Source: Rhodanobacter sp. | Lineage (GTDB): Bacteria; Pseudomonadota; Gammaproteobacteria; Xanthomonadales; Rhodanobacteraceae | Length of the DNA stretch: 64,000 bases | Assembly: GCA_004298045.1 (NCBI GenBank) | Contig: SCRM01000022.1 | Location: forward strand, 12,267 to 76,266 | Direction: 5' to 3' | Shown: piece after piece, positions 10,168 through 19,894 of the stretch | Position numbering within the stretch: the first letter of the stretch is position 1 | Layout: each line of letters starts with the position of its first letter | Made by a program: the position numbers and the translations under genes | The notes under the pieces: model-generated | Database searches by the model: none | What the model saw: only the letters and a program-made list of their open reading frames with translations | What the model was told of the DNA's origin: nothing

Positions 10168-10171
10168 CAAG

Positions 10172-10248
10172 TGGTGGCTATGGGTGGGCTCGAACCACCG
10201 ACCCCGGCATTATGAGTGCCGTGCTCTAACCAGCTGAGCTACATAGCC
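10172..10248 (-). tRNA. tRNA-Met (CAT), elongator type
   Basis: Reverse complement GGCTATGTAGCTCAGCTGGTTAGAGCACGGCACTCATAATGCCGGGGTCGGTGGTTCGAGCCCACCCATAGCCACCA: cloverleaf, CAT anticodon, G1-C72 pair, encoded CCA. Confidence 0.97.
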
Positions 10249-10470
10249 GAAACGGTTGAATTCTAGCGGGTGACCCGCCTGCGCGGGCGCCGTGTTGGCG
10301 TGCCGTGCGGCCGGCGCATTGCAAAGGCCGGGGCGCGGCAGTGTAGAGGCCTGCGCGTTCACATTCAAGGCGTTGCGGCTTGATGCGTGCCGACGCGCAT
10401 GGTTGAATCGGGTCATTCGCCCTGCATGGCTGGCGGTTGCCGGCGCACGGCAAGGCTCGAGGGTTTGCAG

Positions 10471-11028
10471 ATGATCGACGTCGATGGTTATCGCCCCAAC
10501 GTGGGCATCGTGCTGCTGAATACGGACGGGCGCCTGTTCTGGGCGCGCCGCATCAATCGCGACGGCTGGCAGTTTCCGCAGGGCGGCATGCACAGCGATG
10601 AAACCCCGCTGGAGGCGATGTACCGCGAACTGGAAGAGGAAACCGGGTTGGCCGCGCGGCACGTCGAGGTGCTGGCGACCACGCGCGGCTGGCTGCGCTA
10701 CAAGCTGCCGCACCGCTACATCCGCCAGCATCAGCATCCGTTGTGCATCGGCCAGAAGCAGGTGTGGTTTTTGCTGAAGCTGGTGAGCGCCGAGGACGCG
10801 CTGCGGTTGGACGCCGGCGACAAGCCGGAGTTCGACATCTGGCGCTGGGTGGATTTCTGGTACCCCGCCGTGCACGTGGTGAACTTCAAGCGCCAAGTGT
10901 ACGAGCGCGCGCTGCGCCATTTCGCGCCGCTGGTCGAAGGCATGTGCAGCGTGGAGCTGGGCAATGCGCCGCCGCGCGCGGCGGCGGATGCGGCGGACCG
11001 GTCGCCGCAGGGCTGGCGCGCCGCCTGA
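10471..11028 (+). CDS. rppH: RNA pyrophosphohydrolase RppH
   Basis: [15 protein letters not shown]...WQFPQGG...[13 protein letters not shown] (Nudix box)...GQKQVWFLL. Confidence 0.95.
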   Translation: MIDVDGYRPNVGIVLLNTDGRLFWARRINRDGWQFPQGGMHSDETPLEAMYRELEEETGLAARHVEVLATTRGWLRYKLPHRYIRQHQHPLCIGQKQVWFLLKLVSAEDALRLDAGDKPEFDIWRWVDFWYPAVHVVNFKRQVYERALRHFAPLVEGMCSVELGNAPPRAAADAADRSPQGWRAA

Positions 11029-11108
11029 GGCCGTTGGATGCGACCCTTCGGGGGCTGTGCCGGGCGCGTCCGATGGGCGCCAGTCCACGGGCGTTCTCGT
11101 CCACAGTT

Positions 11109-11127
11109 GACAATCATTCGCATTTGC
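11109..11127. promoter_or_regulatory. Fur box overlapping a TTGACA -35 upstream of bfd
   Basis: Reverse complement GCAAATGCGAATGATTGTC matches 13/19 of GATAATGATAATCATTATC; TTGACA at 11107-11112; iron-related downstream genes. Confidence 0.75.
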
Positions 11128-11142
11128 TTTTTCATGCGCTGC

Positions 11143-11364
11143 ATGTACATCTGCATGTGCAACGCCGTTACCGATCGCGATATCCGCCGCGCCGTGGCCG
11201 AGGGCGTGCGTACGTTTGCGGAGTTGCAGCAGCGCACGCGGTGTTCCACCACTTGCGGTTGCTGCATGGGCGAGGCGCGGGCCTGTTTCAAGGAGGCGCT
11301 GCACGCCGAGGAAGCCAGGGCGGATGCGCGGCCGATCGGCCTTCCGGTATTCGCCGCCGCCTGA
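11143..11364 (+). CDS. bfd: Bacterioferritin-associated ferredoxin
   Basis: [14 protein letters not shown]...CSTTCGCC; immediately upstream of bfr. Confidence 0.9.
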   Translation: MYICMCNAVTDRDIRRAVAEGVRTFAELQQRTRCSTTCGCCMGEARACFKEALHAEEARADARPIGLPVFAAA

Positions 11365-11465
11365 GCTGCCGCGCGCGGCCACCCGAAAACCGTTGCCATT
11401 CGCGTCTCACCGCGTACACGGCGCGATGCCTAGAGTCGGTCGCGTTTGCCACGCGGAGAATGGTC

Positions 11466-11936
11466 ATGAAGGGCGACGCGAAGGTCATCGAGTTCCTCAA
11501 CAAGGCGCTGTACAACGAGCTCACGGCGATCAACCAATACTTCCTGCATGCACGGATGTTCAAGAACTGGGGCTATGCGGAACTGGGCGAGCACGAGTTC
11601 AAGGAATCGATCGACGAGATGCACCACGCCGACCGCCTGATCGAACGCATCCTGTTTCTCGAGGGCCTGCCGAACCTGCAGCATCTGGGCAAGCTGCACA
11701 TTGGCGAAAACGTGCCGGAATGCATCCAGGCCGATCTCGACCTTGAGCTGGGCGACGCAAAGGATCTGCGCGAAGCCATCAGCCACAGCGAAGGTCACGG
11801 TGATTTCGTCAGCCGCGACCTGTTCCGCGACATCCTGCACGAGGAGGAAGGCCACATCGACTGGCTGGAAACCCAACAGAACCTGATCAAGGACATCGGC
11901 GTGGAGCGCTACCTGCAGAGCAAGATGCAGGGTTGA
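11466..11936 (+). CDS. bfr: Bacterioferritin
   Basis: [27 protein letters not shown]...[20 protein letters not shown]...EEGHIDWLE. Confidence 0.97.
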   Translation: MKGDAKVIEFLNKALYNELTAINQYFLHARMFKNWGYAELGEHEFKESIDEMHHADRLIERILFLEGLPNLQHLGKLHIGENVPECIQADLDLELGDAKDLREAISHSEGHGDFVSRDLFRDILHEEEGHIDWLETQQNLIKDIGVERYLQSKMQG

Positions 11937-11943
11937 ACGCGGT

Positions 11944-11978
11944 ACTGCGCGCCCTTGCCGTGGCAGGCGGCGCGCAGT
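11944..11978. terminator. Possible terminator hairpin after bfr
   Basis: actgcgcgcc / ggcgcgcagt 10-bp inverted repeat; weak U-tract. Confidence 0.4.
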
Positions 11979-12063
11979 GTGGTTTGCGGTGTTACTGCCG
12001 CACCTTGGTCCGCCGCCCCCGGCAAGAAACAGTTCCTCGGACGGAGACCACCGCCCGACAAGA

Positions 12064-12131
12064 GGCCGTCGGGCTGAAGCCCGACCCACGGAAGCCCATG
12101 ATGCCGTGGGTTGGACTTCAGTCCGACGGCC
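12064..12131. repeat. Inverted pair of REP-like palindromes
   Basis: ggccgtcgggctgaagcccgacccacgg (12064-12091) and an inverted copy with 3 mismatches (12104-12131), between convergent genes. Confidence 0.75.
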
Positions 12132-12153
12132 CTGCCCGCGCACTGCGCGGGCC

Positions 12154-14085
12154 TCAGCCGAGCGGCACCGGACAGTGCAGGCTGGCGCAGATCACGCGCA
12201 GCAACTCGGCTTCCACCAGGCTTACTTCGCCATCGGCCTGGACGGCCGCCACCAGGGCGCGCACGGCAAGCTCCTTGGCAGGTGGCGAAAGGCCGTCCAG
12301 GTCATCCAGCGCAGCCTCGAACGGCTTGGCCCAGGCGCGCGGCGGCACCACCCATGGCACCGCCTCGCCAGGGAACGCCTGCTGCATCGCGAGCAGCCAC
12401 GCGCGTTTGGCGGCGACCTCGTCGCCGTTCTGGCCGTAGATGGCCACGATGGCGCACACCAGCACCAGGCTGGCGCGGCAGGCGACAAGCTTTTTTTTGC
12501 CATCGACCGGGGCGTGCCGTGGGTCGGCGGCTTCCTGCAGTTGCACGCGCACCAGGCGGGTCAGGCAGTACTCGGCCAGGTCGACGCGGCCGTCAGCGAG
12601 CACCAGCGCGTCCAGGGCATCAAGCAGGGTTTGCCGTTGGCCATCCGACAACTGCCTGAGCGCCGGGAACGCCAGCGACACCAGCGGCAGGCGGCTGCCG
12701 GGATCGAGCTGGCCGATGGCGGCGAGCTGGCGCGCAACCGCAACGGCGGCGTCATCGCCGAACGCGTTGGCAATGGCGCGGCGCTCGGCGGGTGCGAGCT
12801 CGTTGGCAGAGGAACACGCCAGCGCGAGCACCAGGACCAGCGCCGAGGTCGGTTGTTGCACGGCGGCGCGCAAATCCGCGGGGACGCCGGCAGCAATTCC
12901 CGGCAAGGCAGGCGGGACGCTCGCCGAAGCGGTTGCGGACGCCACAGTTGCCGGTGCACTGGCAAGCCCCGCGGCAGGGATCGCTGGCGGTACCCCAAGC
13001 GGTGCGCCGGCCGCGCCGGCAAACCCAGTGGCGGCTGCCGGATGCAGCGGCGGCGGCACCGATGCTTCATCGCCATCGCCAGCGGCCGCCTGTGCCGCGA
13101 ACCGCGCCAGGCTCGCCTCGGTAAAACCCGGCTCCAGCACGCGGATGCGTTCCATCAGCGGCGGGTGAGTGGCGAACAGCGCGTTGAAGCTGCCGGCCTC
13201 GCCGAACAGCATGTGTGCCACTTCGTGGCGGTTCGCCGCGCGCAGCGAGGAACCGGCCTCGGCCAGCGCGATTTTCTTCAGCGCGCCGGCAATGCCCGCG
13301 GTTTGTCGGGTGAACTGCACGGCCGAGGCGTCGGCGAGCGATTCGCGCGAGCGCGACACCGCGGCCTGGATCAGCCGCGCAAAGAAGTAGCCGATGTAGC
13401 CGACCACGATCAGCGCGATGCCAAGCAGCACCAGTTGCCCGCCGCGGCGGCGGCTGGACCATGCGCCGCCTTCGGCGATCTGGCGGCCGACGATGGTGAG
13501 CACGAGGATGCCGAACAACAGGCCCATCAGGCGGATGTTGAGCCGCATGTCGCCGTTCAGCACGTGGCTGAACTCGTGGGCGACGACGCCCTGCAGCTCG
13601 TCGCGGCTGAGCGCATCCAGGCAGCCGCGGGTGACGCAGACGGCGGCGTCGGCCACCGAGTAGCCGGCGGCAAACGCGTTGATGCCGGGTTCGTCCTCCA
13701 TCACATAGATGTCGGGCACCGCCACGCCGGAGGCGATCGCCACCTCTTCGATGACGTTGCGCAGGCGGCGCAACGCAGGGTCGGAGGTGTTGGCCGCCAC
13801 CGGCACCGCGCCGACGCCTTCGGCCACGCTGCGCCCGCCGCCGGACAGGCTGGCGATGCGGTACAGCGACGCGCCGCCAATGCCGAGCAGCACGCCGAGG
13901 CTGGTCACCAGGAGCAGCGGAAGGTTCGATCCTGCCAGCTCGCCGTACGCATTGGGGTGCTGGCCAAACGCCACCCACACCACGAAATCGATGGCGGCCA
14001 CGATGGCCAGCACGGCCAGCGTGAACAACACCACGAGCTGCCGCGAGCTGCGGCGCACGCGCGCCTGTTGCGCAAAGAAATCCAC
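12154..14085 (-). CDS. M48-family (HtpX-like) membrane metalloprotease with C-terminal TerB-like region
   Basis: INAFAAG, VVAHEFSH zinc motif, SRSRESLADASAV; GTG start with GGAG RBS; downstream of lemA. Confidence 0.88.
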   Translation of the reverse strand: MDFFAQQARVRRSSRQLVVLFTLAVLAIVAAIDFVVWVAFGQHPNAYGELAGSNLPLLLVTSLGVLLGIGGASLYRIASLSGGGRSVAEGVGAVPVAANTSDPALRRLRNVIEEVAIASGVAVPDIYVMEDEPGINAFAAGYSVADAAVCVTRGCLDALSRDELQGVVAHEFSHVLNGDMRLNIRLMGLLFGILVLTIVGRQIAEGGAWSSRRRGGQLVLLGIALIVVGYIGYFFARLIQAAVSRSRESLADASAVQFTRQTAGIAGALKKIALAEAGSSLRAANRHEVAHMLFGEAGSFNALFATHPPLMERIRVLEPGFTEASLARFAAQAAAGDGDEASVPPPLHPAAATGFAGAAGAPLGVPPAIPAAGLASAPATVASATASASVPPALPGIAAGVPADLRAAVQQPTSALVLVLALACSSANELAPAERRAIANAFGDDAAVAVARQLAAIGQLDPGSRLPLVSLAFPALRQLSDGQRQTLLDALDALVLADGRVDLAEYCLTRLVRVQLQEAADPRHAPVDGKKKLVACRASLVLVCAIVAIYGQNGDEVAAKRAWLLAMQQAFPGEAVPWVVPPRAWAKPFEAALDDLDGLSPPAKELAVRALVAAVQADGEVSLVEAELLRVICASLHCPVPLG

Positions 14086-14107
14086 GGGCGGTCTCCGCCG
14101 CGCAGTA

Positions 14108-14695
14108 TCAGGTGAACGACACCTTCGGCACTTCGCGCACGGCGGGGCTTTCGATCGCCAGCGGCTCGGCCGCGGTGAACCCGAACTGGCGCGAGACGAT
14201 GGACGCCGGGAACACCTCGCGCCGGTTGTTGTAGCCGAGCACCGAGTCGTTGTACGCCTGCCGCGCGAACGCCACGCGGTTTTCGGTGGAGGTCAACTCC
14301 TCGGAGAGCTGCATCATCGTCTGGTTGGCCTTGAGGTCGGGGTAGGCCTCCTGCAGCGCGAAGAGTTTGCCCAGCGTCTGCGTGAGCATGTTTTCGCTGC
14401 CGGCAAGCTGCTGCATCGCGGCCGGATCGCCGGGGTTGGCCTTGGCGCCGGCCAGCCCGCTCACCGCGGCGTTGCGCGCGCTGACCACGGCTTCCAGCGT
14501 TTGCCGCTCATGCGCGAGGTAACCCCTGGCGGTTTCCACCAGGTTGGGAATCAGGTCGTGGCGGCGGGTGAGCTGCACGTCGATCTGCGCGAACGCGTTC
14601 TTGTAGCCGTTGCGGGCGGTGACCAGCCCGTTGTAGAGCACGACGAAATACAACACGATCGCCACGATGACGACCAGCAGGATCAGCAAGCCCAT
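14108..14695 (-). CDS. lemA: LemA family protein
   Basis: [31 protein letters not shown]...EAYPDLKAN...[17 protein letters not shown]; RBS AAGGAG. Confidence 0.95.
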   Translation of the reverse strand: MGLLILLVVIVAIVLYFVVLYNGLVTARNGYKNAFAQIDVQLTRRHDLIPNLVETARGYLAHERQTLEAVVSARNAAVSGLAGAKANPGDPAAMQQLAGSENMLTQTLGKLFALQEAYPDLKANQTMMQLSEELTSTENRVAFARQAYNDSVLGYNNRREVFPASIVSRQFGFTAAEPLAIESPAVREVPKVSFT

Positions 14696-14802
14696 CGTTG
14701 TCTCCTTCATGTGGCGCCGCACGGCGTGGGCGCGAGCCTAACACGCTGCACACGCGCGTCCGAAGTATCCTTGCGGCATCTGTCCGCCACTTTGTGAATG
14801 CC

Positions 14803-15174
14803 ATGGATACCGCCGCTGCACCCGCCACGCCCGACTACCACACCGGCGCGACGATGGGGCTTACCGACCACGCCGCGATCAAGCTGCGCGACCTGATTGC
14901 CGAAGAAGGCAACCCGGCGTTGATGCTGCGCGTGTACATCCACGGCGGCGGCTGCTCCGGGTTCCAGTACGGGTTCACCTTTGACGAAGAGCGCGAAGCC
15001 GAAGACTTTGCGGTGGAGCGCCACGGCGTCACGCTGGTGTGCGATCCGCTGTCGCTGCAATACCTCACCGGCGCGCAGATCGACTACACCGAAAACTTCG
15101 GCGGCTCGCAGTTCACCATCCACAACCCAAACGTGAAAACCACCTGCGGTTGCGGCTCCTCGGCGGATGCCTGA
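14803..15174 (+). CDS. erpA: Iron-sulfur cluster insertion protein ErpA (HesB/IscA family)
   Basis: [21 protein letters not shown]...[16 protein letters not shown]. Confidence 0.88.
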   Translation: MDTAAAPATPDYHTGATMGLTDHAAIKLRDLIAEEGNPALMLRVYIHGGGCSGFQYGFTFDEEREAEDFAVERHGVTLVCDPLSLQYLTGAQIDYTENFGGSQFTIHNPNVKTTCGCGSSADA

Positions 15175-16144
15175 CATGCCGGTGCCGGTGGCGAACGCAT
15201 TTGCCGGCTTGAGCCTCACGCTCGACCGCAAGGCCGAGCGGCGCAACGACAGCACGTGGGTGGCGGCCCAGGCCGCCGCCGCCAGCACGCGGTTCCTGCT
15301 GCTGGACGCCGAGCAACGCGCCTACGTGCTGGCCGGCGAGGACGCGCTGCGCTGGCTGGGTGGCGACGAGCGCACGCGGCTGTGCGGCAAGGCGCCGACG
15401 TGGCTGCTCGGCATCGCCGGTGGCCACGCGCACTTCGTGATCGAGCTGGACGAGACCGCCGACGCGCTGGCGCTGGAGCGCACGCTGGGTGCCCGCCGCG
15501 CGAGCCTGCGCGAGGCCGCGGCCACGTTGCCGGTCGACGAGGCCGCGCTGTTCGCGTATGCCAAAGGCCTGGCCTGGTGGCACCACGAAACCCGGCACTG
15601 CGGGTTTTGCGGCGCCCCGTTGGAAACCATCTCCGCCGGACACCGCATGCGCTGCACCAACACCGCCTGCGCACGGCTGCATTTTCCGCGCACCGATGCC
15701 GCGATCATCGTGCTGGTGGAACACGACGGCGCCTGCCTGCTCGGCCGGCAATCCACCTGGCCGCCGGGGCGCTACTCCACGCTGGCCGGCTTCATCGAGC
15801 CCGGCGAAGCGCTGGAAGACGCGGTGCGGCGTGAGGTGGGCGAAGAGTCCGGCATCGTTGTCGGCGAGGTGCGCTACCACTCCTCGCAACCGTGGCCGCT
15901 ACCAGCCTCGCTGATGGTGGCGTTCACCGCCACCGCGCGCAGCACCGCCATCACCCTGCGCGACCACGAGCTGGAGGACGCGCGCTGGTTCACCCCGCGC
16001 GACATTGCCGACGGCATCGCCGACGGCAGCTTCGTACCCTCGGCGGCGATGTCGGTGTCGTATCACCTGTTGGCCGACTGGTTGCGCGCACGTGGCAGGC
16101 TGGAACTGGGCGAGCTGGTGGCCGCCCGCGCCGCCATCGCTTGA
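15167..16144 (+). CDS. nudC: NAD(+)/NADH diphosphatase NudC
   Basis: Zn ribbon (HCGFCG...C..C), [34 protein letters not shown]. Confidence 0.95.
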   Translation: MPDMPVPVANAFAGLSLTLDRKAERRNDSTWVAAQAAAASTRFLLLDAEQRAYVLAGEDALRWLGGDERTRLCGKAPTWLLGIAGGHAHFVIELDETADALALERTLGARRASLREAAATLPVDEAALFAYAKGLAWWHHETRHCGFCGAPLETISAGHRMRCTNTACARLHFPRTDAAIIVLVEHDGACLLGRQSTWPPGRYSTLAGFIEPGEALEDAVRREVGEESGIVVGEVRYHSSQPWPLPASLMVAFTATARSTAITLRDHELEDARWFTPRDIADGIADGSFVPSAAMSVSYHLLADWLRARGRLELGELVAARAAIA

Positions 16145-16193
16145 GCGTTCCACGCGTCGCCTACAATGCGGCGGTCCTTCGGAGAGTGAATTG

Positions 16194-17060
16194 ATGGCCA
16201 TCCGCCTGCTTGTTGCCCTGATCGCCCTCGGCTTGCTGCACGCCTTGCCGCGCCTTGCGCACTGGCGCGGCGACGCCGGGTTTCGGCGCTGGGTGGCACA
16301 GCTGGGCGACACCAGCGGCAGCGGCCGCGTGGCGCTTGCACTGGGCGTGCCGCTGGTGCTGTGCGCGCTGGCGCTGTGGCTGCTCGGCCACCTGCCAATG
16401 CCGCAGCTATGGCAGCTCGTGTTTGCCCTGGCGGTGCTGTTGTTCGCGTTCGGCCCGCACGCGTTCGAGGCCGATCTGGAAGCCATCCTCGCCGCCCCGG
16501 ACGGCGCACAGCGCGAGGCTGCCGCCCAGGCGCTGGGCGACGACGGCGAGACGATCAAGTGGAACGCGCCCGCACTGGGCGAGGCCACCGCGTATGCCGC
16601 GCTGCGCCGGCGCTTCGGCATGCTGTTCTGGTATTTCGTGCTCAGCCCGATCGGCGCGCTGGCGTATCGCCTGGTGCGCCAGCTCGGCCACGACGACAGC
16701 CTGCGGCTCGATGCCGGCGCGCACGGTACCTCCCGCCAGTTGGCCAACCTGCTCGACTGGGTTCCCGCGCAACTGCTGGTGTTCACGCTGGCGCTGGTCG
16801 GCCACTGGGACGCCGTGATCGAAGCCTGGCGCCGCTGGCATCGGCAGGCCCTGCCCAACAGCTGGCTGCGCGACGGCCCAGGGTTTCTCGGCGCCGCCTC
16901 ACGCGCCGACATCAAGGTCGACGTCGAAGGCGGCGACGGCTACACCGAAGACCACAGCGACGCCCTTGCCGAACTGCGACGCCTGCGCAGTGCCCTGATG
17001 CGCGCCCTGCTGGCATGGCTCAGCGTGGTGGCGCTGATCGTGATCGGGGGGTGGCTGTAA
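16194..17060 (+). CDS. AmpE/CobD-CbiB family membrane protein
   Basis: Hydrophobic N-terminus; FG.LFWY.VL.P.GALAYRL and LLDWVPAQL.VFTLALVG.W motifs. Confidence 0.7.
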   Translation: MAIRLLVALIALGLLHALPRLAHWRGDAGFRRWVAQLGDTSGSGRVALALGVPLVLCALALWLLGHLPMPQLWQLVFALAVLLFAFGPHAFEADLEAILAAPDGAQREAAAQALGDDGETIKWNAPALGEATAYAALRRRFGMLFWYFVLSPIGALAYRLVRQLGHDDSLRLDAGAHGTSRQLANLLDWVPAQLLVFTLALVGHWDAVIEAWRRWHRQALPNSWLRDGPGFLGAASRADIKVDVEGGDGYTEDHSDALAELRRLRSALMRALLAWLSVVALIVIGGWL

Positions 17061-17064
17061 GGCC

Positions 17065-17093
17065 GGGATTGGGGAGTCGGGATTGGGGAGTCG
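17065..17093 (+). repeat. GGGATT/GGGGAGTC G-rich repeat (G-quadruplex motif)
   Basis: GGG-ATT-GGGG-AGTC-GGG-ATT-GGGG just after the ampE-like stop. Confidence 0.75.
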
Positions 17094-17195
17094 CAAGATC
17101 GGATTGGCGCGAGGACGTGTGTGCCGCGGAGCCGCACCCGACCCTCACCAAGCCGCAAACGCGATGTCGCCCAGGCGCGCCACGCTTTTGAACTG

Positions 17196-17226
17196 CCAAA
17201 TCCCGAATCCCGACTCCCCAATCTCA
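17196..17226 (-). repeat. Inverted copy of the G-rich repeat
   Basis: Reverse complement contains gagattggggagtcgggattcgggatttgg, just after the MFS stop. Confidence 0.7.
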
Positions 17227-17230
17227 GCCG

Positions 17231-19105
17231 TCACGCCATCTCCCCACGCAACACACGCACGCGGGCTTCCAGCGTGGCGGCGGTGGCTTCGCTGGCGGGT
17301 ACCGGGGCGCCGACGACGAGTTCGACGTGGGCGCGGAAGCGGCGTGGCAGGCGCGCGCGGTGCAGGGCGGAATCGCGCCGGCTCCACATGCTGCCCCACA
17401 GGCCGCGCAGCGCCATCGGCACCACGGGCACCGCGCGGCGGGCGAGGATGGTTTCCATGCCGGGGCGAAACGCGGTCATTGCACCATCGGGGGTGAGCGC
17501 GCCTTCGGGAAAGACACACACCAGTTCGCCGCCGGCGAGCGCGGCGTCGATCGTGTCGAACGCCTGCGCGAGCAGCGCCGGGTCTTCCTTGTGGCCGGCG
17601 ATCGGGATCGCCTTGGCGGTCCTGAACAAGAACCGCAGCAGCGGGATGTCGAAGATCTTGTAGTACATGACGAAGCGCGCGGGCCGGCGCAGGTTGGCCA
17701 TCAGCAGCAGCGCATCGACGTAGCTCACGTGGTTGCACACCAGCAGCGCCGCGCCTTCCTCGGGAATATTCCGCAGGCCGTCGGCGCGCACGCGGTAGAG
17801 CGTGGTGGTGAGCAGCCAAGTGACGAAGCGCAGGATGAATTCCGGCACCAGGGTGAAGATGTACGCGGCCACCAGCACGTTGAGCAGCGCGGCGGCGAGA
17901 AAGATGCCGGCGGCGCTCACGCCGAGCGCCGTGAGGCCCAGGCCGAAGCCGGCGGCGGTGACGATCAGCACCGCATTCATGATGTTGTTGCCGGCGATGA
18001 CGCGCGAGAGCTTTTCGCGTGGCGCGCGCGACTGCACGAAGGCGAACAACGGCACTACGTACAGGCCGGCGAACGCGCCGATCAAAGTCAGATCAAGCGC
18101 AATGTGCCAGTTGCCGGCGCCATGCAGAAACGCGAGCCAGTCGAGCCCGTGCGCGCTGGCCGTGCCGTGGCCAGCAAAGTACAGATCCACGCCGAACGCG
18201 GTGATGCCGAACGCGCCCAGCGGCACCAGGCCGATCTCCACCCGGCGCCCGGAAAGCTTCTCGCAGGCCAGCGCGCCAAGCCCGCTGCCGATCGAGAACA
18301 ACGCCAACACCAGCGCGTACACCGTGCTGTCGCCGCCCAGCGTCTCGCGCGTGTAGAGCGGCAATTGCGCCACCAGCACGGTGCCGAAAAACCAGAACCA
18401 CGAAATGCCGAGCACCGCGTTCCACACCGCGCGGTTGGCGCGCGTGATGCCGACCACGCGTGCCGTTTCGGTGAACGGGTTCCAGTTGATCCTGAGCCCC
18501 GGTGCGGTGGCCGGCGCCGGCGGAATGAAGCGGCACGCGACGTAACCGGCCACGGCGACGACAATGGTGAGCCCGGAGGCCAGCCAGGCGCCGACGCCGG
18601 CCACGCCCATCAGCACGCTGCCGGCCATCATGCCGAGCAGGATTGCGAGCTGGGTGCCCATCTCCACCAGGCCGTTGCCGCCCAGCAGTTCGGCGGGTTT
18701 CAGCGCCTGCGGCAGAATCGCGTACTTGATCGGGCCGAACACGGTGGAGTGGATGCCCATCATGAACAGCACGATCAGCAGCAACGCCACGTGGTGGGTA
18801 AGGAAGCCGGCGGCGGCGACCGCCATCGCGGCAATCTCGAACAGCTTCACCCAGCGGATGATGCGGCTTTTCTCGAAGCGTTCGGCGAGCTGCCCCGCGG
18901 TAGCCGAGAACAGGAAAAACGGCAGGATGAACAGCGCCGGCGCGAGATTGGTGTAGAGCCCCGCGGCACGCTCGTCGAGCCCGAGCTGAAACGCGACCAG
19001 CACCAGCAGCGCATTGCGAAAGGCGTTGTCGTTGAACGCCGCCAGCGCCTGCGTCCAGAAAAACGGCGCGAAGCGGCGCTGGCCGAACAGGGCGAACTGG
19101 CTCAT
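17231..19105 (-). CDS. MFS transporter fused to PlsC-type acyltransferase (LplT/Aas-like)
   Basis: MSQFALFGQRRFAPFFWTQAL.AFNDN; multiple TM segments; C-terminal NHVSYVD and FPEG acyltransferase motifs. Confidence 0.9.
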   Translation of the reverse strand: MSQFALFGQRRFAPFFWTQALAAFNDNAFRNALLVLVAFQLGLDERAAGLYTNLAPALFILPFFLFSATAGQLAERFEKSRIIRWVKLFEIAAMAVAAAGFLTHHVALLLIVLFMMGIHSTVFGPIKYAILPQALKPAELLGGNGLVEMGTQLAILLGMMAGSVLMGVAGVGAWLASGLTIVVAVAGYVACRFIPPAPATAPGLRINWNPFTETARVVGITRANRAVWNAVLGISWFWFFGTVLVAQLPLYTRETLGGDSTVYALVLALFSIGSGLGALACEKLSGRRVEIGLVPLGAFGITAFGVDLYFAGHGTASAHGLDWLAFLHGAGNWHIALDLTLIGAFAGLYVVPLFAFVQSRAPREKLSRVIAGNNIMNAVLIVTAAGFGLGLTALGVSAAGIFLAAALLNVLVAAYIFTLVPEFILRFVTWLLTTTLYRVRADGLRNIPEEGAALLVCNHVSYVDALLLMANLRRPARFVMYYKIFDIPLLRFLFRTAKAIPIAGHKEDPALLAQAFDTIDAALAGGELVCVFPEGALTPDGAMTAFRPGMETILARRAVPVVPMALRGLWGSMWSRRDSALHRARLPRRFRAHVELVVGAPVPASEATAATLEARVRVLRGEMA

Positions 19106-19190
19106 GCGGTTCCATGCCGGAGAGGTCGCCGCAGAGCTTAGCCGATGGCGCACGGCGGCCCACAAACCGCGCTCTGCTATCATGGCGCGC

Positions 19191-19886
19191 ATGATCGCCC
19201 CGCAACTTCCGCAACTGCCGCCCGACCCGGAGCGCTTTCCGGCGGCGGCTTCCACCTTCATGCTGAGCGGTCCGGCCGGCGCGCTGGAGTGCATCAGCGA
19301 TGCCGCCGCGCCGGCCACCGCGCGTCGTGGCATCGCCGTCATCTGCCACCCCAACCCGGTGCAGGGCGGCACCATGCACAACAAGGTGGTGACGATGGTG
19401 GAACACGCGCTGCGCGAATCCGGGCTGGATACGCTGCGCTTCAATTTCCGCGGCACCGGCGCCTCCGCCGGCAGCTACGACGACGGCCGCGGCGAAAGCG
19501 AGGACTTGGCCGCGGTGGTCGACTGGATGCGCCGCACGCATCCCGGCGATGCGCTGTGGCTGGCCGGGTTCTCGTTCGGCAGTTACGTCACCATCCGCAA
19601 TGCGCAGCGGCTCGGCGCCGCCGCACTGGTCAGCGTCGCGCCGCCGGTCGGGCGCTGGGCCGACGGCATCGACGCGCTGCCCACTTGCCCGTGGCTGGTG
19701 GTGATGGGCGAAGCCGACGAGGTCGTGGAACCCCAAGCAGTGTTCGACTGGATCGCGGCGATGGCGCAGCCGCCGACGCTGGTGCGGTTTCCCGGTGCCG
19801 GGCATTTCTTCCACCGCCGCCTGATTGAGCTGCGCAACGCGGTGCAGGCCGGCGTGGCCGGCTGGCTGCCGCCCGCCCGCACCTGA
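19191..19886 (+). CDS. Alpha/beta hydrolase (COG2945-like)
   Basis: CHPNPVQGGTMHNKVV, RFNFRGTG.S.G, GFSFGS nucleophile elbow, HFFH. Confidence 0.88.
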   Translation: MIAPQLPQLPPDPERFPAAASTFMLSGPAGALECISDAAAPATARRGIAVICHPNPVQGGTMHNKVVTMVEHALRESGLDTLRFNFRGTGASAGSYDDGRGESEDLAAVVDWMRRTHPGDALWLAGFSFGSYVTIRNAQRLGAAALVSVAPPVGRWADGIDALPTCPWLVVMGEADEVVEPQAVFDWIAAMAQPPTLVRFPGAGHFFHRRLIELRNAVQAGVAGWLPPART

Positions 19887-19894
19887 CGATTTCA

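Larger units (their letters stand above)
1..10171. mobile_element. Right-hand part of a tRNA-Met-anchored genomic (defence) island
   Basis: Defence-type operon directly downstream of the tRNA 3' end; IHF-like site and triple TGTCACAG repeats at the junction. The integrase and the second att site are not in the window. Confidence 0.6.

Noticed and set aside
9947-10237. 96-aa ORF across the island junction
   Set aside because: It runs antisense through the tRNA and att-like repeats and has no protein-like features.
10743-11936. 397-aa ORF suggesting an N-terminally extended bacterioferritin
   Set aside because: The upstream part overlaps rppH and bfd in other frames; the canonical MKGD start with its RBS is at 11466.
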